From a virus, in the IMG/VR virus record IMGVR_UViG_3300033182_000157, positions 1 through 64,000 of that record: a DNA stretch of 64,000 bases; one strand, 5' to 3'. Every line of letters begins with the position of its first letter. Within the stretch, counting starts at the first letter, position 1. Below the pieces are notes generated by a model that saw nothing but the letters and a program-made list of their open reading frames with translations, had not been told where the DNA came from and made no database searches. Below, piece by piece: positions 28,001 to 38,644 of the stretch. Made by a program: the position numbers and the translations under genes.

Positions 28001-31000
28001 GGTTTATTACCAAAAAAATATCCTACAAAATATACTGACAACACTTATCAAAATCCAGTTGAAGTAATACAGTGCCACGATGGTAGTATTATGACAGCAT
28101 ATGGTGACTATCGAGATGACTTAATTTTAGAACTAGAAAAACGTATCTTTAATAATATTAAAATAGAGTTTTCAAATGATCTAATTGATATAAACGATTT
28201 TATTCCTAACGGATTTAGAGAAACAGATTATTCTAGACAAGAAGTAAACAGAATACTAGAACCAATGTTTTTAAAATGGCATAAAAACATTGTTAATTCT
28301 TATACTGATAACAGTTATTTCTCACCCGGATTACCTAAAACATATAACTATTCAACTGGCGAATTTAACGGTAAAACATTACCTGGTTATTGGAGAGGTA
28401 TTTTCAATTATTGGTATGGCACAGATCGTCCGCATACACATCCTTGGGAAATGTTAGGAATTTCTAACCAGCCAACTTGGTGGGAAGAAGTTTACGGACC
28501 TGCTCCTTATACTGGCGAAAATTTAATTCTTTGGAGAGATTTAGAAAAGGGTATTATAGCAGAGCCTGGTAATAAACGAGTTAATAAAAAGTTTGCCCGC
28601 CCTGGACTACTAAGTATCATTCCTTCAAACGCTTCCGGAGAGTTACTAAGCCCAATTGAAGCAAACGTAGCACAGAATTATGAAACTAACGAATTAGATA
28701 TTAACTTTGTGTTTGGTGATGAAGGTCCAGTTGAAACTGCTTGGAGAAAATCAAGTTCTTATAGATTTGCTTTATTAACTGCTTGGATACTTGCTAAGCC
28801 TGCTCAATTGTTTGGTGTTTATCTTGATAGAGCTTATACCGCTAGAGATGCGTCTGGTATTATCAAATATGTAGACGAGTATGTTAATCTTTCAATGTTG
28901 GCTGATAAAGTTTCTAAAACTGACTTAGCAAGCGGATTAATAAGTTATATTAACGAGTGGTTATATTATAACGGATCATCGAATGTAAACAATTACATTT
29001 ATAATCTTAAAAATGCTAAAAATCAAATTGGCATGAAACTTGCTGGCTTTACTGAGAAGGACAAGTTTAAATTAATTTTAGATAGTAGAACTCCGTTGAA
29101 CGAAGGTAACGTCTTTATACCATCAGAAAACTATCAAGTATTTTTAAACAAGAGTTCTCCGACACAAAGTATTTCTTACAGCGGTGTAATTGTTGAAAAG
29201 AGAAAAGGCGGATTTTTAGTTAGAGGATATGATCAAAAATTCCCAACGTTTACTTACAAGAAAGTTATTCCTAGTAACGCAGACAGAGCTATTCGAATTG
29301 GCGCTATTAGTGAATCTTTTGTAAATTGGGCAGAAGGTAAAACTTATGTCTCAGGTCAGATTGTAAACTTTGAAGGCGGTTATTTTAGAGTCACTGAAAA
29401 GCACGTTAGTACAGGAAGTTTTGACAACGATAAATTTGCTAGTCTGCCTGAATTACCACAAACTGGCGGCAACAGTTTTTATCATAGAGAAAAGTTCTCA
29501 GCAGTAGATTATATTACAATTTCATATGGTCATATGTTTTATACTATACAAGACGTTGTTGACTTCTTGTATGGATACGCAGAATACTTAAAAGAACAAG
29601 GTTTTATATTTGACAACTTTGATAGAGAAAATGCTATTTTACAAGACTGGGCAACAGCAATTAGAGAATATGTATTTTGGACTACGCAAAACTGGTCAGA
29701 AGGAACTGTTGTTGCTTTAAGCCCTGGAGCAACAATGTTATCATTTGACGGCGAATATGCTGTAGTAGATGACATTACAAATGACTTTTATGACTACGAA
29801 ATTTATAGTAGTAACGGAACAAGAATATCAATTAACAATCTTGACATATCAAGAGATGGAACTAAGTTTAGTATTGAAACAACTTCTGACGAAGGCTTAT
29901 ATTTTGCTAGATTACATTTAGTTCAGACTGAACACGCTATTGTTTTAGATAATACCACAGTCTTTAACGATACAATTTACGATAGACCATCAGGTTACAA
30001 ACAAGACCGTATTAAGGTTTTAGGTTATAGAACAGTTGACTGGACAGGTAACTTATCTAGTCCTGGATTTATTTACGATGAAATTAAAGTTGTAGATTGG
30101 GAACCGTATACTGTATACAGAATTGGTGATGTAGTTAAACACAAAGAATACTACTATAGTGCTAACTCAAAAGTTATTAGCCAAGATGTATTCAATGAAG
30201 ATAACTGGAGTCGCATAGACAACTTAAACAAGAGTCAATTGCTTCCAAACTTTGATTACAGAGCAGAGCAGTTTACAGACTTTTTTGATCTAGACACAGA
30301 TAATTTTGACCTAGGACAACAAAAAGTTGCTCAACACGTTATTGGATATCAAAAACGTCAATACCTAGAAAACATTATTAATGACGATGTAAGTCAATAC
30401 AAGTTCTATCAAGGAATGATTCTTGATAAAGGTACTCGTAACGTTCTTACTAAAATGTTTGACAAGTTAGGGGCAGCAGATAAAGAAAGTTTAGAATTTT
30501 ACGAAGAGTGGGCAGTACGTTTAAGCGAATTTGGCGCTGTTGATAACTTTGTAGAATTAGAATATAAAATTGATGAAGCACAATATAGATTAGAACCACA
30601 GCCGTTTGAAATTGTTGATGTTAAAGATACTCGTAGTACAGACTTGGTATACAGATATACTGCTGAAGATGTTTACGCCAAGTACGAAGGATACAACAAC
30701 CAGCCGTTTAGACAGACAGAAGTACAACCAAATTTCTTAAGGTCTACAGGTAACGTTGATTCTAACGACATTGATTTTAACGTTAAAAACTACGATGATA
30801 TTTTAGGTATTGATTTTACAGAAGTTAATGATGGCACTACTATTTGGGTTAGTTTCTACGGAACTACGTGGACAGTAAAACGTGTTGTTGAAACTAATGT
30901 AGAATTTGTAGATTCTATAGTTAACGAAGATACAGGCGATTTTGTAATAACAGTAAACGCAAATGCTGAAGCATTATATACTGCGGGCGACATTATTGGT

Positions 31001-34000
31001 ATTAGAGGCGTAACAACTGAAACTGATAAATTCTGGAAAATTAAATCAGTAGAAGGTGCTAACATTACTTTTGAAACACCAGACGCAATTATTCAAGAAC
31101 CAGATCCCCAAGATAGTACAGCAGTTGTAATTTTTGATTTAGTAGATGCTAGATTTGATAAAATTAAAGACATTAACGAAAGTCAGTTATCAAGAGCATT
31201 TAACTTTGGTGAATTTATTTGGGTAGATGACATTAATGGTAATTGGCAAGTACTTCAGAAACAAGACGCTTATAAAAAAATTGTTGCTACTAACCCTACA
31301 CAAGGAGTAGTAAGTGGGTTTGGAAGCGACTTTGATGTAGACGAATACACAAGAGAAATGATAGTAGGCGATTCAGTAAATCAAACTACATACATCTTTA
31401 ATAGATCTACAGACAAAGCACAGTTTAATAAAGCACAAGAACTTGAATTAATTAGCAATATACCATTAGATGAATATGGCTCAGTAGTAACATTGGCTAA
31501 AGATGCTAATTTTGCTGCAGTATCTGCTCCTGGAGCAGGAAATATTCCTACATTCTTTGTAGGCACCTGGAATTTAAGCACAACCTATCAAAAACAGGAT
31601 GTTGTATTTTATAACGGTTTATGGTATACTTGCTTAGAAGATAACACTATTGGAGGAAGTAATCCAGACGTAAGTGATGTTTGGTCAGCTACAGGTCATT
31701 TGCCAGTCGGTGATGGCAGTTCGACACTTACAGGACCAGCACAAGGTTGGGTAGGAATATTCCAACGTAATGGCGCAGGGTTCTTTGACAGAATTGCTGT
31801 ACTACAAAGTCCTGATCCACAAGACAATGCTCGCTTTGGTAGTAACTTACAATTTGCTGTAGTTGGCGAAAGAGATTACAGACTATTTGTAACAGCAGAA
31901 GGTTATGACACTTACGGTAAAGTATTTGTGTTTGATTGGAACGCTAACACAACTGGTTGGGAATATCAACCTACTAAAGATTTACCTTTACCTGCAACAC
32001 TTGAAGCAGGAATGAAATTTGGTTCAAAAGTTGTTTCTACTTACAAAGGTAATACAGTAGCAGTTAGTTCAACAGAGGTAAGTTCGGCACAAGGAAGTGT
32101 TTATGTTTATAATTATGACGGTAGTACATATTCACTAAACCAAACAATTACTAGTTCTACATTTGGAGTTGTTCCGCAAAACGGTGATTCTTTAGGTGAA
32201 GGGTTAGCAATAGACTATAACGGAAATTATATAGCCGTTGGTATTCCTAACTATGACGATAGCGAGTTATCTATTACTGATGCTGGAAGAGTAGAAGTAT
32301 TAAAATTAGTAGGCAGCACTTATGTTCCTTTACAAACTATAAGAACATTAGCAGTTGAAACACAACAGTTTGGTGTTTCTTTAAGTCTATATGGAACAAC
32401 ACTTGTAGTAGGTTCGTCTAATGGCGGAAGTCAAGACGAAGGCGAAGTAGAAGTCTATAACAGATATGAAGATTTGTACACATACGATGATTCATTAAAA
32501 CTTGATACATTTACTGATGGTTCAACAATAGTTGAATTTGGTAAAAATGTATTAGCACAAAGAAATCATGTGTTTACAGGACTTGTTTCGTGGGACGGCG
32601 ATAGCGGAGCAGTTATAGATTTCCGTAAAACAAAAGACAATGTTTGGGAAACTTATAGAAAAGCAGAAAACCCAGCAGACATTAAAGGTATTAAAAGTAT
32701 TCTTCTTTACAATACAAGAACTAATACACTAGTTAAAGAACTTGATATTACAGATCCTTTACAAGGTAAGATATTAGGTGTAGTAGAACAAGAACTAAAA
32801 TATAAAACATACTATGATCCAGCAACTTACAGTGTAGGTATTAATGGTGTTACAGTTGATGCTGTTGATGCTTGGGACGCAACACACGAGGGCGAAGTGT
32901 GGTGGGATTTAACTACATCAAGATTTGTTAATTACCATCAGAACACTCCGTTATATAGAGCAAACAACTGGAATAAACTAGATCAACATAGTAGTGTAGA
33001 TGTGTATGAATGGGTTGTAACAGAATACAAACCTAGCGAATGGGACGCTATTTCAGATACAGCAGAAGGACTATCTTTAGGCGTATCAGGAAAGTCTAAG
33101 TACGGTGATGAAGTTTACGCAACAGCAAAAGTATATGACGAAGTGTCAAAGACATTTAAAACAAAATACTTGTTCTGGGTAAAAGGTAAGAGAACAACTC
33201 CTGACTTTAGTGATAGAACAGTAGATGTAGAATCTATGGCTAACTTAATCGCAGATCCAAGAAGTCAAGGTTATACATTTGCCGCAGTTACAGGCACAAA
33301 CAGTTTTGTATTGTTTAACTGTAAGCAATTCTTAAATGATGACGAAGTTGCTATTAACTTTAAGTTCTGGACAACAGCAGATACAGATACTAATATTCAC
33401 AGACAATACCAAATCCTTTCACAAGGATTAGATATTAGTCAACCTAATGATACTATTGTTGATAAATGGTTTGACAGTCTAGTAGGATTTACTAAAACAG
33501 GATTACCTGTCCCTAATGTTGCGTTAAGTAAAAAACAACGTTACGGTATTTTAAACAAACCTCGTCAGAGTATGTTTAAAAATCGTGTTGAAGCACTAAA
33601 GCAATTTGTAGAATATGCTAACTACGTTTTTGCTAACAATATTATTGTTGATGATTTTGATTTAGCACCACTTTCTGCTAAAGAAGAATATCCAGCAGAA
33701 TATACTAATGAATGGGATATTTTAATTAACGATGATTTTGAATTAGAATTAATTTCTACAGGTAAAATAAAATCAGCAGAAATTGAACTTGTTGTTGAAG
33801 AAGGAAAAATTGTAGACGTTGCTATTATTGACGAAGGCCGCGGCTACGCTAAGCCACCAAAAATTGATATTTACGGACAAGGCATAAATGCTAAACTAAC
33901 AGCAGTATTAGACACATTCGGCAGAATAATTGATATAACAATTGATAACCCAGGTTCGGGCTATCTAACTGGAAACGATACTTTTGCTATTGTTAGAAAG

Positions 34001-37000
34001 TACACAGTTTTAAGTACAAATATTGAAAACAGCGGCAAGTGGGGAATTTACGAATACGATGAAGTAAATTCCAAATGGGCTATTGCTAGAATTCAATCGT
34101 TTGATACTACTCGTTATTGGAATTATAAAGATTGGTATGCTAGTGGTTATAGCAGTGCTACGCCAATTGACTTCCAAATTGCTGGTTCGTACGAATTAGA
34201 AAATCTAGCATCAAAACCTAATCAGATTGTTAAAGTTACAAACATTGGAACAACTGGTACTTGGTTATTGTTGAAGAGATTAAACAACAATGATGAAACT
34301 GATGTAAACTTAAATTATCAGGTAGTCGGCAGACAAAACGGAACAATTGAACTTTCAAGTTCTTTATATAACTTTGAGAAAAACTTATTAGGTTATGACG
34401 GTATTAGTTATGAAGAAGTTCCATACGATAGTGTTCCTGTAATAGAATTAAGAAACATTCTTGAAGCAATAAGAAATAACATTTTTGTTGATAATCTTAT
34501 TGTTGAGTTTAACAACTTATTCTTTAACAGTGTTAGATACGTTCTTTCAGAGCAGCCAACAGTTGACTGGATATTTAAAACAAGTTTTGTAAAAGCAAAA
34601 CATAATGTAGGTGAGTTAGAACAGCGTACTACATATAAAAATGACAGTCTATCAAGTTACCAAGATTATGTTAACGAAGTAAAACCGTTTAGAACTAAGG
34701 TTAGAGAATTTGTAAGTAGTTACACTAAAGTAGAAGAAACACAATCAGTTGTAACAGACTTTGACTTAGAAAAGAATAATAGAATAATTGTTAAAGACAA
34801 TCAGTTAATAACAACAGACGACAACTATTTAGACTATCCAAATAAACATTGGACTGATAATCATACATTTAATATTACAAGTGTAGAAATTGCTGATCCA
34901 GGTTTAGGTTATCAGTCAGTTCCGGAAATTACTTTTGAAGGCGGCGGTGGCTCAGGCGCTAAAGCAAGAGCGTTTATTGGTCAAGGCGGCAAGTTAACAA
35001 ATGTTATTATAGAATCCCAAGGCTCGGGTTATTATTCTATGCCTAATGTTGTTATCAATGGATCAGTGGACGACACTGGTAGATCAGCAGTGCTTGTTCC
35101 TATAATAGGCAATAAAACTGTTAGAAAAAATAATCTTGTTATTAAGTTTGACAGAATTCAGGGAACAAAAGTTATTGAAACTTTAGACGCAGTTGATACA
35201 TTTACTGATACAGGTATTTTGACTGAGTTTAGTTTAAGATGGCCAATTGATTACCAAAACGGAAACGTAGTTGTAAAAGTTAACAGTGACGAACTTTTAG
35301 AAAGTGATTTTACATTTGAAAATCGTAGCAAAGTAGTAAATGACCATACTGTTAATTATGGATTTGTAACTATCACAAATTTACCAGACGAAGATGCTAT
35401 TACCTCTGTTGTAATTGAGTACACTAAAGATGTAGCATTCCTTAATGCAGCCGACAGAATACATTATTATTACAAGCCAATTGACGGACAAGCCGCTGAC
35501 GATTTAGACGCACTTATGTTAGGCGTAGATTATGGTGGCGTTAATATTTCAGGCTTTGGCTTTGAACCAGTTGGTGGCTGGGCAGATGGCGAAGGTTGGG
35601 AATCTGTAAAATGGAGCGGCGGCGACGAAGCATACAAAGATGTATCATTAGACGGTGACGGTTCGGAAATAGTTTATACATTTGGAGGCACACCAGAAGA
35701 TGGAACAGTATGGAACGTGTATGTAAATGGTATACGTATAGACGATCCTAATTTTGGAACTCCAGAGCAAACTAATAATAGTGCTGAAATGGAAACGTTT
35801 ATTGGAGATGGTTCTACTACAAGCATTACAATTCCAGCCCAAGTAGCAGGAGCACAAATTATTTTAAGACCTTCGTCAAGCGACGGAAGTTTTATCCCTG
35901 TTGGTGTTGACTTAGATAGTGTTGTTACAGGTGGCGCTTTAAATTACACAAACGCTACAGGTTATAGTCCTGAAGATTTAACATTAGACGGCGATGGATT
36001 TGTTACACCAACTACTGGCGGAAGTTTAGAAGAACATATTCCAGGACAAATATCAGAATCAGTTAACATTTTTGTATATAACATTGCTAAGAGCGGTGGT
36101 CCAAAAGTTAATACTGTAAGTTATGTAGCAGACGGAGAATCTAAAAGTTTTGCTTATCTAGCACAACCACAAAGTAAGGATGCTATTATAGTTAAAGTGA
36201 ATAATACTATTTTACGTCCAACAGACTATAAGTATACTCCAAACTTTGCGGCGTACACTGATTACTTAACTGGTTATAAGTCAGAGAAACAACGTGCTGA
36301 AGATAATGTAGTTAGTCTACAAAGTCAAAAAACACAACTTGAAACAGATATTGCTAATAACACTCTTGCGTTAACTACTGTACAAAATGATCATGCGCAA
36401 AAATTAAGCGAGTTGACTTATTGGCAAAATGAAGTTATTGGGTATCAGAATTTAATTAATAACCTACTAGCACAGTTATCACAGTTAACACCTGGAACTC
36501 CTCAGTATGCTGCTAAAGAACAAGAAATTGCTCAAGCACAAGCAGGTTTAGCAGCCGCTCAAGCAGAAGTTGACACAATAACAAATGAAATAGTAATTTT
36601 ACAGCAAACTGAATCAGCATTAACGAATACTATTACAGCAGATCAAAATACGTTAGACGATGTTAACGCAGAAATTACATCTGAAGAAGAACGTATTGCT
36701 AAGTTAGAAATAGACATTCAGACAACTGAAGACTATTTGATTAATCCAGGTAAAACTATCATTCTTAATACGACGCCAAATGCGAACGATGTAGTATCAA
36801 TTACTACATTTGGTACAAACGGCAATGATATTATTATTAATGATATGTTTAAGGGAGACGGCTCTACAAACGAGTTTGTTACTCCGTTAAAGTATACAAA
36901 AGATTTAAGAGCATTTGCTACAGTTAACGGTGTTAAACTTTCACCTAGAGTGTTTACAACAGACGGAAATTATGAAACTGCTGGGCGTTTAGGATTGCGT

Positions 37001-38623
37001 TTTGATCCTGTTCCTCCTGCTAACTCGGACATTTATTATACTATCTATAATAATGCTGCTCCTGAATATTCTTATATTCAGCGTCAGATAATTACAACAG
37101 ATATTAGCACTTCGAGTTACGAACTAGATCCTAGTCCGTTTGGCAACTTACCAGCAGAAAACTTTGTTGTTGTATTTGCTGGAGACAAACTACTCAGTGG
37201 AGGCTATACAACTACATATACTGTTGATACAACTGATAAGTTTACATTAGATTTAAGTGACTTTGATTACGGTGATTTTAGTGCTACCGGCACAGAAGTT
37301 TATATTAATGGCGAACTTAAACAACTTGGCGCAGATTACCAACTTGACTTCGGAACAAACTCTATAAACATAGTAGACGGAAAAGTTAAACCAGGCGACA
37401 AAGTAAAAATATATATTTCAGATGACGCAGAATACACTATAGCAAATAATAATATAACACTAAAAGAAACATATCCAGATAATACTAGTATTATGGTAAT
37501 GTCGTTCTTTAACATCGACGCTTTCGATGTAACTGAAAGAACTAAGGAAGTATTAAGTAGACGTAAAATTAGTTCTGACAGCGAATGGTATAGAAGTAGT
37601 GTTTCTGCTAGTGGCGGAACATTGTTACTACCTGAAAAAGTTGTAGATGCTAGCCAAGTGCTTGTTGCTCTTAACGGAAAATTATTAACTGCTAGTAGAG
37701 ATTATAAACTGATTGAAGGTGGATCAGCAGTGCAAGTAGAGATAGAACGTCCTATAGCAAAAACTGACGAATTTACACTTGTAATTTTTGCTTACACTCC
37801 GGCAGATGAAGGGTTTGCTTACAGACAATTTATTGATAGTTTAAACAGAACACACTTTAAAGCAATTAATACTGCTAGAGGTGCAGAATTAGCCCAAGAT
37901 TTAAATTGGAACGACAGTGAACTTGTAGTTGACGATGCTACAGAATTAGACGAACCTGTAGCAACTAGAAATATTCCAGGAATTATATTCATTGGTAGCG
38001 AACGTATTGAATATATGAAGAAAGATGGAAATATATTAAGTCAGTTGCGAAGAGGTACATTAGGTACAGCAGCACCACAAGTTCACTTAGCAGGATCAGA
38101 AGTACAAAACCAAGGCAAGAGTTTAACAATTGGTTATGAAAATACTGAAAAAACTAAAATATTCTATGGCGACGGAGTTACTAAACAAATTCCATTACCA
38201 TTCGAACCTCAAATTGATCTAGGAACACTAAACGATTCGTGGAATCGAGCAGATGAAGTAAATAACGTTGCTGAAGCAATTCCTGCTACTTATGGTTTAG
38301 CCAAAGACATTGAAGTGTTTGTTGCTGGTAAAAGATTAGATAAAAATCCATGTACGATGTATACACCGTCCATTGATCAAGATAGTCCAAACGGCAATTT
38401 AGCAATCCCAGCAGGGTTTAGTGTAACACCAAATAGTGATGCTACTAAAGTAGGTTTAGCAGAGCCTCATGTGTTGTTAACGCAGGCTCCGGCTGCTGGA
38501 GATAAGGTTGTTATTAAGTTAAAACAAGGTGTAACGTGGACAAAACCGGGAGAAAGTTTATCAGAAGCGGAAAATTCTATAGCAGAATTCTTGCGAAGAC
38601 AAACAGTTTCGTTTCCTAAATAA
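25088..38623 (+). CDS. Giant multi-domain baseplate/structural protein (gp7-like position), 4511 aa
   Basis: Single uninterrupted ORF coupled to gp6; contains VYVNG..DY repeat modules, CBM5/12-like Trp motifs, FG-GAP-like repeats, G.GY..P beta modules and a coiled-coil insert. Confidence 0.75.
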   Translation: MADQEEINLPGGGESKKTSADLLPKYFRTNTNKKFLSATLDPLIQDGVIEKLNGFVGRKTSKAHTATDSYIPDVTKERQDYQLEPATVVKDYNDNVLFYKDYNDYINQIGVFGGNTANHSRLNAQEYYSWDPRVDWDKLVNYREYYWLSAGPVAIDIAGQEKGITSTYTVDLVDDAGDLAYVLNPDGLTRNPTIKLYRGQTYKFEVTSVDNPFFIKTRRTKNGAIYEEGVENNGIEEGVVTLTITQNTPDILYYMSDTDLALSGVIQVMSIEENTEIDVESEIVGKKSYQLKSGDYLSNGMKINFLGDVSPEKYASGNWYVEGVGKSITLVSEQDLEVPYKSQILEELQFDTTAFDSSPFDQLSEKDKDYITINRAALDGNQWSRANRWFHKDVIETSYRISGITSVLDQTTRANRPIVEFIPGIKLLNNGFRKISDVDLVDTFTTNIMAEIEGSIGYFVDNVELLSGMRVIFTEDTDSLVKGKIYEVKSIRFDNEKIISLIEVDTAQEGDTVVVKSGKDNTGTQFYFNGTTWTKAQQKLGTNQTPLFELFDKDGVSLTDTTKYGATEFAGNKVFSYKEGTGANDTVLGFPLTYLNINNIGDIVFECDLIVKSYNYVTNEQKFTIDAEDTFIHVYNKFFEWSPHSAWEKAISKSKQLVVKNYVADLIRNDFEIDVYNRAGDLTDVKTYVYVNDILQVIDEDYTLYTNNSRLFIRFTNDLQDNDTIIVKTESSASKNNNGYYEFPLNMQNNPSNENPDKITLGQLTNHVESITTFHPDLIGTFPGRSNLRDLPKQSAYGTRYVKHSGPLNIGLYHITDKATNIVKAIDFASREYTKFKKTFIDLVSTAELEDDVAQDVDNILQAMMEDKKTSDPFYNSGMVPFRAYNEIEHTVIDPEFLLYGITETYDNSLHQDKAILVYVNGVQLVHEQDYVFSNDNFVSITKTVEVGDKIIIREYDTLIGNYIPPTPSKLGLLPKKYPTKYTDNTYQNPVEVIQCHDGSIMTAYGDYRDDLILELEKRIFNNIKIEFSNDLIDINDFIPNGFRETDYSRQEVNRILEPMFLKWHKNIVNSYTDNSYFSPGLPKTYNYSTGEFNGKTLPGYWRGIFNYWYGTDRPHTHPWEMLGISNQPTWWEEVYGPAPYTGENLILWRDLEKGIIAEPGNKRVNKKFARPGLLSIIPSNASGELLSPIEANVAQNYETNELDINFVFGDEGPVETAWRKSSSYRFALLTAWILAKPAQLFGVYLDRAYTARDASGIIKYVDEYVNLSMLADKVSKTDLASGLISYINEWLYYNGSSNVNNYIYNLKNAKNQIGMKLAGFTEKDKFKLILDSRTPLNEGNVFIPSENYQVFLNKSSPTQSISYSGVIVEKRKGGFLVRGYDQKFPTFTYKKVIPSNADRAIRIGAISESFVNWAEGKTYVSGQIVNFEGGYFRVTEKHVSTGSFDNDKFASLPELPQTGGNSFYHREKFSAVDYITISYGHMFYTIQDVVDFLYGYAEYLKEQGFIFDNFDRENAILQDWATAIREYVFWTTQNWSEGTVVALSPGATMLSFDGEYAVVDDITNDFYDYEIYSSNGTRISINNLDISRDGTKFSIETTSDEGLYFARLHLVQTEHAIVLDNTTVFNDTIYDRPSGYKQDRIKVLGYRTVDWTGNLSSPGFIYDEIKVVDWEPYTVYRIGDVVKHKEYYYSANSKVISQDVFNEDNWSRIDNLNKSQLLPNFDYRAEQFTDFFDLDTDNFDLGQQKVAQHVIGYQKRQYLENIINDDVSQYKFYQGMILDKGTRNVLTKMFDKLGAADKESLEFYEEWAVRLSEFGAVDNFVELEYKIDEAQYRLEPQPFEIVDVKDTRSTDLVYRYTAEDVYAKYEGYNNQPFRQTEVQPNFLRSTGNVDSNDIDFNVKNYDDILGIDFTEVNDGTTIWVSFYGTTWTVKRVVETNVEFVDSIVNEDTGDFVITVNANAEALYTAGDIIGIRGVTTETDKFWKIKSVEGANITFETPDAIIQEPDPQDSTAVVIFDLVDARFDKIKDINESQLSRAFNFGEFIWVDDINGNWQVLQKQDAYKKIVATNPTQGVVSGFGSDFDVDEYTREMIVGDSVNQTTYIFNRSTDKAQFNKAQELELISNIPLDEYGSVVTLAKDANFAAVSAPGAGNIPTFFVGTWNLSTTYQKQDVVFYNGLWYTCLEDNTIGGSNPDVSDVWSATGHLPVGDGSSTLTGPAQGWVGIFQRNGAGFFDRIAVLQSPDPQDNARFGSNLQFAVVGERDYRLFVTAEGYDTYGKVFVFDWNANTTGWEYQPTKDLPLPATLEAGMKFGSKVVSTYKGNTVAVSSTEVSSAQGSVYVYNYDGSTYSLNQTITSSTFGVVPQNGDSLGEGLAIDYNGNYIAVGIPNYDDSELSITDAGRVEVLKLVGSTYVPLQTIRTLAVETQQFGVSLSLYGTTLVVGSSNGGSQDEGEVEVYNRYEDLYTYDDSLKLDTFTDGSTIVEFGKNVLAQRNHVFTGLVSWDGDSGAVIDFRKTKDNVWETYRKAENPADIKGIKSILLYNTRTNTLVKELDITDPLQGKILGVVEQELKYKTYYDPATYSVGINGVTVDAVDAWDATHEGEVWWDLTTSRFVNYHQNTPLYRANNWNKLDQHSSVDVYEWVVTEYKPSEWDAISDTAEGLSLGVSGKSKYGDEVYATAKVYDEVSKTFKTKYLFWVKGKRTTPDFSDRTVDVESMANLIADPRSQGYTFAAVTGTNSFVLFNCKQFLNDDEVAINFKFWTTADTDTNIHRQYQILSQGLDISQPNDTIVDKWFDSLVGFTKTGLPVPNVALSKKQRYGILNKPRQSMFKNRVEALKQFVEYANYVFANNIIVDDFDLAPLSAKEEYPAEYTNEWDILINDDFELELISTGKIKSAEIELVVEEGKIVDVAIIDEGRGYAKPPKIDIYGQGINAKLTAVLDTFGRIIDITIDNPGSGYLTGNDTFAIVRKYTVLSTNIENSGKWGIYEYDEVNSKWAIARIQSFDTTRYWNYKDWYASGYSSATPIDFQIAGSYELENLASKPNQIVKVTNIGTTGTWLLLKRLNNNDETDVNLNYQVVGRQNGTIELSSSLYNFEKNLLGYDGISYEEVPYDSVPVIELRNILEAIRNNIFVDNLIVEFNNLFFNSVRYVLSEQPTVDWIFKTSFVKAKHNVGELEQRTTYKNDSLSSYQDYVNEVKPFRTKVREFVSSYTKVEETQSVVTDFDLEKNNRIIVKDNQLITTDDNYLDYPNKHWTDNHTFNITSVEIADPGLGYQSVPEITFEGGGGSGAKARAFIGQGGKLTNVIIESQGSGYYSMPNVVINGSVDDTGRSAVLVPIIGNKTVRKNNLVIKFDRIQGTKVIETLDAVDTFTDTGILTEFSLRWPIDYQNGNVVVKVNSDELLESDFTFENRSKVVNDHTVNYGFVTITNLPDEDAITSVVIEYTKDVAFLNAADRIHYYYKPIDGQAADDLDALMLGVDYGGVNISGFGFEPVGGWADGEGWESVKWSGGDEAYKDVSLDGDGSEIVYTFGGTPEDGTVWNVYVNGIRIDDPNFGTPEQTNNSAEMETFIGDGSTTSITIPAQVAGAQIILRPSSSDGSFIPVGVDLDSVVTGGALNYTNATGYSPEDLTLDGDGFVTPTTGGSLEEHIPGQISESVNIFVYNIAKSGGPKVNTVSYVADGESKSFAYLAQPQSKDAIIVKVNNTILRPTDYKYTPNFAAYTDYLTGYKSEKQRAEDNVVSLQSQKTQLETDIANNTLALTTVQNDHAQKLSELTYWQNEVIGYQNLINNLLAQLSQLTPGTPQYAAKEQEIAQAQAGLAAAQAEVDTITNEIVILQQTESALTNTITADQNTLDDVNAEITSEEERIAKLEIDIQTTEDYLINPGKTIILNTTPNANDVVSITTFGTNGNDIIINDMFKGDGSTNEFVTPLKYTKDLRAFATVNGVKLSPRVFTTDGNYETAGRLGLRFDPVPPANSDIYYTIYNNAAPEYSYIQRQIITTDISTSSYELDPSPFGNLPAENFVVVFAGDKLLSGGYTTTYTVDTTDKFTLDLSDFDYGDFSATGTEVYINGELKQLGADYQLDFGTNSINIVDGKVKPGDKVKIYISDDAEYTIANNNITLKETYPDNTSIMVMSFFNIDAFDVTERTKEVLSRRKISSDSEWYRSSVSASGGTLLLPEKVVDASQVLVALNGKLLTASRDYKLIEGGSAVQVEIERPIAKTDEFTLVIFAYTPADEGFAYRQFIDSLNRTHFKAINTARGAELAQDLNWNDSELVVDDATELDEPVATRNIPGIIFIGSERIEYMKKDGNILSQLRRGTLGTAAPQVHLAGSEVQNQGKSLTIGYENTEKTKIFYGDGVTKQIPLPFEPQIDLGTLNDSWNRADEVNNVAEAIPATYGLAKDIEVFVAGKRLDKNPCTMYTPSIDQDSPNGNLAIPAGFSVTPNSDATKVGLAEPHVLLTQAPAAGDKVVIKLKQGVTWTKPGESLSEAENSIAEFLRRQTVSFPK

Positions 38624-38626
38624 ATA
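38617..38626 (+). promoter_or_regulatory. Late promoter (TAAATAAATA)
   Basis: Overlaps the stop codon of the giant gene, upstream of ATG 38645. Confidence 0.55.
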
Positions 38627-38644
38627 CAGTTAGGTAGAGAAAAA

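Noticed and set aside
25088-38623. Intein or stop-codon recoding explaining the giant ORF
   Set aside because: No intein splice motifs or LAGLIDADG seen; genes throughout the window read fully in the standard code
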